This document shows, one piece after another, positions 17,966 to 25,385 of a stretch of DNA of 31,113 nucleotides. Each line of letters starts with the position of its first letter. The stretch's first letter is position 1. Made by a program: the position numbers and the translations under genes. The notes below the pieces were generated by a model. The model had not been told where the DNA came from. It was given only the letters and a program-made list of their open reading frames with translations, and made no database searches. The stretch is from a virus (taxonomy: Duplodnaviria > Heunggongvirae > Uroviricota > Caudoviricetes): positions 1-31,113 of IMG/VR virus record IMGVR_UViG_2870490042_000004; one strand, written 5' to 3'.

Positions 17966-18820
17966 TCAGCAGTTCGTCATCAGGGCGTCACCGCCACCGC
18001 CGGTGGCTTTGCTGCGGCGCTGCTGGGTCAGACTTTCGGTGTGGTCGAGACTGTTTTTCAGGCGGGTGAATGCCTGACTGGTTTCATCCGCCCTGTCAGT
18101 TACATCCTGCTTAAGTGCCGAAAAGGCGGTTTCCATCTCAGCAAGGCGCTGCTCAGTGGCGCTCAGTTTTTCCTGCACATGCTCAGCGACAGCGGTCACC
18201 GCTTCATGCACGTCATTCAGACGGGCGTCATCGCTGGCCTGTTTGCGGCCAAAAATGGATTTCACCTTTTCGGTCAGGGCGGTGAACACGGTTTCAGGCA
18301 GGTCTTCAAATTCCAGCTCAACAGGCGTTGCCACTGAAATCAGGTTTTCAGGGCTTAATTTGAAGCGGTTCAGAGGGTTGTGTTTTGCCGTGCGGCAGAA
18401 TTCCAGGTATTCCGTGCCGAGGCTTGCCGGGTCATCGGTGACGGCCAGACCCACCAGATAACATTTGCCTGTATTGGCAAAGTTCGGCTGAATTTCCATT
18501 GAGGTATAGACCTTCTGCGCGGCCTTGTTCATCGCGATAAGGTCATCGGTCGGGGTGATTTTCGCAAACAGCGCCCATTTGCCTTTCAGCGCCGAATCAT
18601 CGTCAATCTTTTCGGCCTTCAGTTCGGCCACATCGCCATAACGTTTAAAAATACCGTCAGGCAGGATGCCGCGCAGATGTTCCAGGTTAATGCGGCAACC
18701 ATAGACACGCGGGTCAAAGGTTTCGGCCATTTCCTGAATATCCTGCGCACTGATGACACGCCCGTCACAGGTGTCACCCTCAACGCCGATACGAAAGAAT
18801 TTTGAGACTTTTTTTGCCAT
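17966..18820 (-). CDS. O: Capsid scaffolding protein (P2 gpO-like)
   Basis: 284-aa product from the ATG at 18820 (MAKKVSKFFRIG...), matching P2 gpO length; first gene of the O-N-M-L operon, divergent from P. Confidence 0.85.
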   Translation of the reverse strand: MAKKVSKFFRIGVEGDTCDGRVISAQDIQEMAETFDPRVYGCRINLEHLRGILPDGIFKRYGDVAELKAEKIDDDSALKGKWALFAKITPTDDLIAMNKAAQKVYTSMEIQPNFANTGKCYLVGLAVTDDPASLGTEYLEFCRTAKHNPLNRFKLSPENLISVATPVELEFEDLPETVFTALTEKVKSIFGRKQASDDARLNDVHEAVTAVAEHVQEKLSATEQRLAEMETAFSALKQDVTDRADETSQAFTRLKNSLDHTESLTQQRRSKATGGGGDALMTNC

Positions 18821-18993
18821 TGTCAGGAGTCCTGAATAGTGATTAGAGGAGTCACATGTCGGCATCAGTTTCCCGACGATGCGCATCCTCCGCCATCAGT
18901 CCCGGATGGCTTATCACTGACACAACAGCACCTTAGCGAATCGCGGGGCGCGACTCAGTAGCCTTGCCGTGTATTCATCACGGCGAGGTATTC

Positions 18994-20766
18994 ATGACCA
19001 TCACCACAGACACCACTCTTTTACACGACCCGCGTCGTCAGGCGGCGCTGCTGTACTGGCAGGGATTTTCCGTGCCGCAGATTGCCGCCATGTTGCAGAT
19101 GAAACGCCCGACGGTGCAGAGCTGGAAACAGCGCGACGGCTGGGACAGCGTTGCCCCCATCAGCCGTGTCGAAATGAGTCTGGAAGCGCGGCTGACCCAG
19201 CTCATCATCAAACCGCAGAAAACCGGCGGTGACTTCAAGGAAATTGACCTGCTCGGACGCCAGATTGAACGACTGGCACGGGTCAACCGTTACAGTCAGA
19301 CCGGCAACGAGGCAGACCTTAATCCGAACGTCGCTAACCGCAACAAAGGCGGGCATCGCAAACCGAAAAAGAATTTTTTCAGTGACGAGGCCATCGAAAA
19401 GCTGGAGCAGATTTTCTTTGAGCAGTCTTTCGACTATCAGTTGCACTGGTATCGCGCCGGGCTTGAGCACCGCATCCGCGATATCCTGAAATCCCGCCAG
19501 ATTGGCGCGACGTTTTATTTTTCCCGCGAGGCGCTGCTGCGCGCCCTGAAAACCGGTCATAACCAGATTTTTCTGTCGGCCAGTAAAACGCAGGCGTATG
19601 TGTTCCGCGAATACATCATCGCCTTTGCCCGGCTGGTTGACGTTGACCTGACCGGTGACCCGATTGTCCTGGGCAATAACGGCGCAAAACTGATTTTTCT
19701 CGGCACCAACTCCAACACCGCGCAGAGCCATAACGGCGACCTGTACGTCGACGAGATTTTCTGGATCCCGAATTTTCAGGTGCTCCGTAAGGTGGCATCA
19801 GGTATGGCCTCACAGAGTCACCTGCGCTCGACCTATTTCTCCACCCCGTCCACGCTGGCGCACGACGCCTACCCGTTCTGGTCCGGTGAACTGTTTAACC
19901 GGGGACGCGCCAGCGCCGCCGAACGCGTGGAAATCGACGTCAGTCATAACGCCCTTGCCGGTGGGCTTCTCTGTGCGGACGGCCAGTGGCGGCAGATTGT
20001 CACCATTGAGGACGCCCTGAAAGGCGGCTGCACATTGTTCGACATTGAGCAGCTTAAACGCGAAAACAGCGCCGACGATTTTAAAAACCTGTTCATGTGT
20101 GAATTTGTTGACGACAAGGCGTCGGTGTTCCCGTTCGAGGAGCTGCAACGCTGCATGGTCGACACGCTGGAAGAATGGGAAGACTATGCGCCGTTTGCCG
20201 CGAATCCGTTCGGCTCCCGCCCGGTATGGATTGGTTACGACCCGTCACACCGTGGCGACAGTGCCGGATGCGTGGTGCTGGCACCGCCGGTGGTGGCCGG
20301 TGGCAAATTCAGAATACTTGAGCGTCACCAGTGGAAAGGCATGGACTTTGCCACTCAGGCGGAATCCATCCGCAAACTCACCGAAAAATACAACGTCGAA
20401 TACATCGGTATTGATGCCACCGGCCTCGGTGTCGGCGTGTTCCAGCTCGTGCGCTCGTTCTATCCCGCCGCGCGCGATATCCGCTACACACCGGAAATGA
20501 AAACCGCAATGGTGCTCAAGGCAAAAGACGTTATCCGCCGTGGCTGTCTGGAATATGACGTCAGCGCCACCGACATCACCAGCTCGTTTATGGCTATTCG
20601 CAAGACCATGACCAGCAGCGGACGCAGCGCCACCTATGAGGCCAGCCGCAGCGAGGAAGCCAGCCACGCCGATCTCGCCTGGGCGACCATGCACGCCCTG
20701 TTAAATGAGCCACTCACCGCCGGTATCAGCACCCCGCTGACATCCACCATTCTGGAGTTTTACTGA
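18994..20766 (+). CDS. P: Terminase large (ATPase) subunit (P2 gpP-like)
   Basis: 590-aa product from the ATG at 18994 (MTITTDTT...) with SD GAGGT; stop overlaps the Q start; divergent from O as in P2. Confidence 0.9.
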   Translation: MTITTDTTLLHDPRRQAALLYWQGFSVPQIAAMLQMKRPTVQSWKQRDGWDSVAPISRVEMSLEARLTQLIIKPQKTGGDFKEIDLLGRQIERLARVNRYSQTGNEADLNPNVANRNKGGHRKPKKNFFSDEAIEKLEQIFFEQSFDYQLHWYRAGLEHRIRDILKSRQIGATFYFSREALLRALKTGHNQIFLSASKTQAYVFREYIIAFARLVDVDLTGDPIVLGNNGAKLIFLGTNSNTAQSHNGDLYVDEIFWIPNFQVLRKVASGMASQSHLRSTYFSTPSTLAHDAYPFWSGELFNRGRASAAERVEIDVSHNALAGGLLCADGQWRQIVTIEDALKGGCTLFDIEQLKRENSADDFKNLFMCEFVDDKASVFPFEELQRCMVDTLEEWEDYAPFAANPFGSRPVWIGYDPSHRGDSAGCVVLAPPVVAGGKFRILERHQWKGMDFATQAESIRKLTEKYNVEYIGIDATGLGVGVFQLVRSFYPAARDIRYTPEMKTAMVLKAKDVIRRGCLEYDVSATDITSSFMAIRKTMTSSGRSATYEASRSEEASHADLAWATMHALLNEPLTAGISTPLTSTILEFY

Positions 20767-21800
20767 TGAGTAAGAAAAAAGGGAAAACACCGCAACCTGC
20801 GGCAAAAAAAATGACCGCCAGCGCCCCGAAAATGGAGGCATTCACCTTTGGTGAGCCGGTGCCGGTACTCGACCGCCGTGACATTCTGGATTACGTCGAG
20901 TGCATCAGTAACGGCAGATGGTATGAGCCACCGGTCAGCTTTACCGGTCTGGCGAAAAGCCTGCGTGCTGCCGTGCATCACAGCTCACCGATTTACGTCA
21001 AACGTAATATTCTGGCTTCAACGTTTATCCCGCACCCGTGGCTTTCCCAGCAGGATTTCAGCCGTTTTGTGCTGGATTTTCTGGTGTTCGGTAATGCGTT
21101 TCTGGAAAAGCGTTACAGCACCACCGGTAAGGTCATCAGACTGGAAACCTCACCGGCCAAATATACCCGTCGTGGCGTGGAGGAGGATGTTTACTGGTGG
21201 GTGCCGTCCTTCAACGAGCCGACAGCCTTCGCGCCCGGCTCCGTGTTTCACCTGCTGGAGCCTGATATTAATCAGGAGCTGTACGGCCTGCCGGAATATC
21301 TCAGCGCCCTTAACTCTGCCTGGCTGAATGAGTCGGCCACGCTGTTCCGCCGCAAGTATTACGAAAACGGCGCACATGCAGGATACATCATGTACGTCAC
21401 CGATGCCGTGCAGGATCGCAACGATATCGAAATGCTTCGCGAAAACATGGTGAAGTCGAAAGGCCGCAACAACTTTAAAAACCTGTTTCTCTATGCCCCA
21501 CAGGGGAAAGCCGACGGCATTAAAATTATCCCGCTCAGTGAAGTGGCGACGAAGGACGATTTTTTTAATATCAAAAAAGCCAGCGCCGCTGATCTGCTGG
21601 ACGCGCACCGCATCCCTTTTCAGTTGATGGGCGGCAAGCCGGAGAACGTCGGGTCGCTGGGCGATATTGAGAAAGTGGCAAAGGTCTTTGTCCGCAATGA
21701 GCTTATCCCGCTACAGGACAGGATCCGCGAGATAAACGGCTGGCTCGGTCAGGAGGTCATCCGCTTTAAAAACTACTCACTGGACACTGACAACGGCTGA
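20766..21800 (+). CDS. Q: Portal protein (P2 gpQ-like)
   Basis: 344 aa (P2 gpQ length); last gene before cos. Confidence 0.9.
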   Translation: MSKKKGKTPQPAAKKMTASAPKMEAFTFGEPVPVLDRRDILDYVECISNGRWYEPPVSFTGLAKSLRAAVHHSSPIYVKRNILASTFIPHPWLSQQDFSRFVLDFLVFGNAFLEKRYSTTGKVIRLETSPAKYTRRGVEEDVYWWVPSFNEPTAFAPGSVFHLLEPDINQELYGLPEYLSALNSAWLNESATLFRRKYYENGAHAGYIMYVTDAVQDRNDIEMLRENMVKSKGRNNFKNLFLYAPQGKADGIKIIPLSEVATKDDFFNIKKASAADLLDAHRIPFQLMGGKPENVGSLGDIEKVAKVFVRNELIPLQDRIREINGWLGQEVIRFKNYSLDTDNG

Positions 21801-21805
21801 ACATC

Positions 21806-21827
21806 GCCGCCTGCGGGCGGCTTTTTT
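21806..21827 (+). terminator. Rho-independent terminator downstream of Q
   Basis: GCCGCC-TGCG-GGCGGC perfect 6-bp GC stem with a 4-nt loop, followed by TTTTTT, starting 6 nt after the Q stop. Confidence 0.7.
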
Positions 21828-21969
21828 ACACCCCGTCATCACGCCCTCACACGCTCACCACCGCACAAAACACCCCGCAGACACACCAACGCCTCAACGG
21901 GCAGACTAAGCGCCTTCACGACGCGCTCAGACGCTGAAAAAATAAAATCAGCACCACCGCCAGCGCGCA

Positions 21970-21988
21970 GTGCTTTCCCCGCCTCGCC
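21970..21988. other. cos cohesive-end sequence (P2-type 19-nt cosN)
   Basis: GTGCTTTCCCCGCCTCGCC is the exact reverse complement of the P2 cohesive end GGCGAGGCGGGGAAAGCAC as I recall it; it lies just distal to Q, where cos is expected. Confidence 0.65.
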
Positions 21989-22134
21989 CGCCCGCTTCAT
22001 GGGGCGGTTTTAATGCAGTTACATGACCTTATAAAAGCCACATAACTGCTGTTCTGAATAAGGTATTAAACTCCTGTAACGCTCATTCAATTTAACGCAG
22101 ATTGATGCAATTGCTCACTGCAGTACAATCCCGA

Positions 22135-23949
22135 TTATTTCCATTCTTCAGAATAGACTGCATCTGACGATCTAGGACCAGGTATAGCCTGATGAATAGA
22201 AATTCTCACTGGTATATTAAAAGCTGCACCAAACGCAATTGCATCCCCCCTAGGAAGACCTGAAACTTGTCTAATCATCAATTCATTCCCACTCTCCATC
22301 GCATATCGGAGAGTTTGCAGGTCTCGTTCATTAGTTAGCCGCAATGCAAACCAATTTGAACACATAGCTAATACAGTAGTAGAAAGTTCTGATGGACGCT
22401 GAGTACTAACAATCAATGAACATTTAAATTTGCGTCCTTCTTTTGCAAGACGTTCATAAGCCTTAATTTGAGAATCAATCTCAGAGTAAGGATCTCTCAA
22501 ATAATGATGTGCTTCTTCAAGAAGTAAAACAGTTGGGAAAGACTTATCTTGCCCTCTTAAAAAAAGAACTTCAGCAAACATTTCTAATAAAGCACTCAAC
22601 AGCATTGGTGCATGGTCTTGCGAAAGATTTTTAAGATTAATAATATGCACATTCCAATCATTTTCCTCTCCTTTCTCTCGGCCAAAAAAATAGTCAACTT
22701 CATTTTTCATTGCCGATTCCCAATGTTTACCATTATTAGTTAAAGTATGCCCTCCCTTCATATCTACAACATTTTTGAATCTGATATCCTCTGATAGCTG
22801 CTGAATAATTTTCACTAAAGGAAGCACATTGCCATAACTAAAAGCATCTCTTTTACTTCCACCAGAACGAAAGTCCGCAGCAACACAACCGAACTCGGCT
22901 ACTAAACTAGCAATACTTTTGAATGGAGGCCATCGATCTGTTTTAGCAAGTGTCCTATTTCTTAACCCATCCAACCATAATCCAAGCGAGAATTGCCCTT
23001 CCTCTCGGCAATCATCATATATCCGAAACTGAGTTCCTTTACTATCTTCCAGATAAAAATTAGAACCTTCAAAATGTGTTCTATTTATAGCATTAAGAGC
23101 ATTCCTCAACGCTGGCAACTGTGTTTTATCGCTAGGACGTAGTAATTTTATCAACCCTGCAAAACCAAGCGCTTGATACGGTATTTGCTTATAATAGACA
23201 TGTTTTTCAGAAAATACCTGACCTCGCACAAATGGAGGTCGCGGTGGTATACCTTCAGGACTCATCCCCAAAATAGTATGTTTAACATTCGCTATTCCTT
23301 CAAATGCTTTAGAATACTCGCCATTAATATCAAAAATCACAATTCTCGAATTAGGATACTTCTCGGAAATACGCCTGGTCAACAGTGCATTAAAATTTGA
23401 TTTTCCATACCCAGTACTCCCTAACACAGCCATATGACGAGTCAACAACTTATCAATACTCGCTAAGATTTTTACTGATTTAGTTCTTGAATCCAAACCT
23501 AACTCTATGGCTTTTTCCAATTCATCCTCATCGATACTATAAATCGTATTTAAAAAATTAGATGTTAACGGAACCGCTGAGGCCCCCAATGCTGGTAGTC
23601 TCCAATCCTCTGAAACAAAAATACACCCGTCGTTGTTTCTCTTAATGAAACCAATGGCATAAGCTATAATCTGCCTTAAAGGCATATCCGTTATATCCGA
23701 CGTACCGATATTTGCTTTATGAGCTTTATCAGCCTCGACAAACGCCATATCTGTAACTCGGGCAACGACCAAAATATTTCCAGCATCAAAACCAATCAAA
23801 TCACCAGGCTGAGTAACAGAACTCACACCATCCCTATGAGAGGCCAATCTTCCTTGTAGACCTTCATGAAGGTTAATCCTTATTTTCTCACCTTCCAAAC
23901 CAACAACATAACCAATTGCAGAAAGCTCTGAGAGTTTAAAATGAGACAT
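22135..23949 (-). CDS. HerA/FtsK-like ATPase, second gene of a SIR2-HerA-type defence operon
   Basis: Walker A GSTGYGKS, Walker B LLLEEAHHY, HerA-type motifs IVIFDINGEY and FKCSLIVSTQRPSEL. Start placed at the ATG at 23949 (MSHFKL..., SD AAAGGGGA), which overlaps the upstream gene's stop by 14 nt. The ORF track's TTG at 23997 is a less likely start. AT-rich codon usage. Confidence 0.8.
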   Translation of the reverse strand: MSHFKLSELSAIGYVVGLEGEKIRINLHEGLQGRLASHRDGVSSVTQPGDLIGFDAGNILVVARVTDMAFVEADKAHKANIGTSDITDMPLRQIIAYAIGFIKRNNDGCIFVSEDWRLPALGASAVPLTSNFLNTIYSIDEDELEKAIELGLDSRTKSVKILASIDKLLTRHMAVLGSTGYGKSNFNALLTRRISEKYPNSRIVIFDINGEYSKAFEGIANVKHTILGMSPEGIPPRPPFVRGQVFSEKHVYYKQIPYQALGFAGLIKLLRPSDKTQLPALRNALNAINRTHFEGSNFYLEDSKGTQFRIYDDCREEGQFSLGLWLDGLRNRTLAKTDRWPPFKSIASLVAEFGCVAADFRSGGSKRDAFSYGNVLPLVKIIQQLSEDIRFKNVVDMKGGHTLTNNGKHWESAMKNEVDYFFGREKGEENDWNVHIINLKNLSQDHAPMLLSALLEMFAEVLFLRGQDKSFPTVLLLEEAHHYLRDPYSEIDSQIKAYERLAKEGRKFKCSLIVSTQRPSELSTTVLAMCSNWFALRLTNERDLQTLRYAMESGNELMIRQVSGLPRGDAIAFGAAFNIPVRISIHQAIPGPRSSDAVYSEEWK

Positions 23950-25183
23950 TCCCATCCCCTTTAGATAATTTAGAAATAGCCTCAACCAGATCATCAACAG
24001 TATTTTCTCTTGGAAAGAGAACAGGATAGGGAAGATGTTTTACAAAACTGTCAAAGTAGGCATATTCACCTCCACCAACAATAGTCACCTGATTAAATGT
24101 CAAATTTTTTAAATTAATTATTGCCTTTTCACTTTCTGAAGCCAAGTTTTTTTCAACTTTTGATTGAGCACTATCTAACTCTGGATAATAAATAACGATA
24201 TGAAATGATGGATTTAACAACGCTCCTAAAATTATTCGATTTATATGGTAATCACCGAATCCAAAACCATTTACAAACAATGCTGTTTGTGGCTTTGACA
24301 AAAACTCTCCAAATCGTCTAAACATCTCGCCATACACAAAACCAATAGTATGGCTATATTTATTTGCACCGGGGTAAATTAAGTGTTGACCATGGAAATA
24401 ACCATCTTCATTTATGATATTTTGTATATAGTTATCATAGGCTTGAGAAGCACTTATTTCACTAACTGTTAAACAATCATCCTGATACCAAGTAAGAGAA
24501 CCGTGCAATTTATAAAGATAGGCATGATAATGTCCAAAACGTGCTTCTCCCTTTGCATTTACATTTCTAAAAGCCAAATCGAAATTTTGAGGGTAAAATT
24601 GTCGCGTGTGTAATCCAGCAAATCCATTAAACAACTGAATCCCTAAATCCTCTGCTGACCATTCTAAAGCCAAATCATAATTTGTTGTAAAAAGTGCAGG
24701 TGCCGATTGACCTGGTTGACGATTTGATATTAGTTTGGATATTAGCTCTTTATGATCTCGGAATTGAGATTTCTTACCCTGGTTTTTATTTCTAAAATCA
24801 CTACCAGTCAATAATGCAGCTTTTGTCACTTCTTTATATAAACTGCTTAATATCAAACCAACTTCCTTAACCTCAACTTCATTATGTCGAGTTTTTGCGA
24901 CTGATAAAAATTTAGTAGCTTCATCAATCAATAATTCCACATTGACTATATCATTATCAGAATCAGCCTGAGTGACCAAAAAATATTTTTCAATTAGCAA
25001 TGCCAGAAGCTTCGGATACTCTTGCTTAAACGATTGCCACACCTGCTTCATTGTGTTCCCACCACAACCAACAGATGCGCCAGCTCCCAAGAGAACCCCA
25101 ACATTATCCAACTGGCATAAAGAGTAAACATGAGAACGAAAATCATCCTCACAAATCTTTTTACCACCTTGATAAATAATCAT
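23936..25183 (-). CDS. SIR2-like (sirtuin-fold, SIR2_2-type) NADase-family protein, first gene of the SIR2-HerA-type operon
   Basis: 415 aa; Gly-rich NAD-binding loop VGVLLGAGASVGCGG; TTNYD and KLHGS motifs (SIR2 catalytic Asn/His context); SD AAAGGGG 5 nt upstream of the ATG; AT-rich. Confidence 0.8.
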   Translation of the reverse strand: MIIYQGGKKICEDDFRSHVYSLCQLDNVGVLLGAGASVGCGGNTMKQVWQSFKQEYPKLLALLIEKYFLVTQADSDNDIVNVELLIDEATKFLSVAKTRHNEVEVKEVGLILSSLYKEVTKAALLTGSDFRNKNQGKKSQFRDHKELISKLISNRQPGQSAPALFTTNYDLALEWSAEDLGIQLFNGFAGLHTRQFYPQNFDLAFRNVNAKGEARFGHYHAYLYKLHGSLTWYQDDCLTVSEISASQAYDNYIQNIINEDGYFHGQHLIYPGANKYSHTIGFVYGEMFRRFGEFLSKPQTALFVNGFGFGDYHINRIILGALLNPSFHIVIYYPELDSAQSKVEKNLASESEKAIINLKNLTFNQVTIVGGGEYAYFDSFVKHLPYPVLFPRENTVDDLVEAISKLSKGDGNVSF

Positions 25184-25252
25184 AAACGCCCCTTTCGACT
25201 AAAGTTTGAATCTGAAAACAACCTAAATTGAAATGTAGATTATGAGAGAATT

Positions 25253-25281
25253 TTTTTAGAACGAAAAGCCCATTCATTCAA
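25253..25281 (-). promoter_or_regulatory. Candidate sigma70-type promoter for the SIR2-HerA operon
   Basis: On the minus strand: TTGAAT, 17-nt spacer, TAAAAA, about 70-100 nt upstream of the SIR2 ATG in an ORF-free AT-rich 200-bp spacer. Hexamer match is weak and unverified. Confidence 0.25.
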
Positions 25282-25385
25282 GGAGTTAAAACCATCAGAA
25301 ATCACTGTTTTACTACATGCCAGAACTCCCCTTATGGCTTGTCTGTTACGCCATGCTGAGCTAGGTCTACACAACTACCTGTAAT

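Noticed and set aside
19021-20694. Minus-strand ORFs of 236, 149 and 112 aa inside terminase gene P
   Set aside because: Antisense shadow ORFs within a conserved terminase ATPase gene; Arg/Gly-rich composition expected from GC-rich antisense frames.
21989-22015. Hairpin CCGCCC-GCTTCATG-GGGCGG followed by TTTTA immediately next to cos, as a second terminator
   Set aside because: It directly abuts the cohesive-end sequence and is more likely part of the cos region recognised by terminase; the trailing T-tract is short.
23173-23400. 75-aa plus-strand ORF inside the HerA-like gene
   Set aside because: Antisense to a motif-supported ATPase gene; Ile/Arg-rich product typical of AT-rich antisense frames.
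22135-25183. Interpreting the SIR2-like gene as Thoeris ThsA or as a prokaryotic Argonaute-associated SIR2
   Set aside because: No TIR-domain (ThsB) or Argonaute/APAZ gene is adjacent; the partner is a HerA-type ATPase, which fits the SIR2-HerA architecture.
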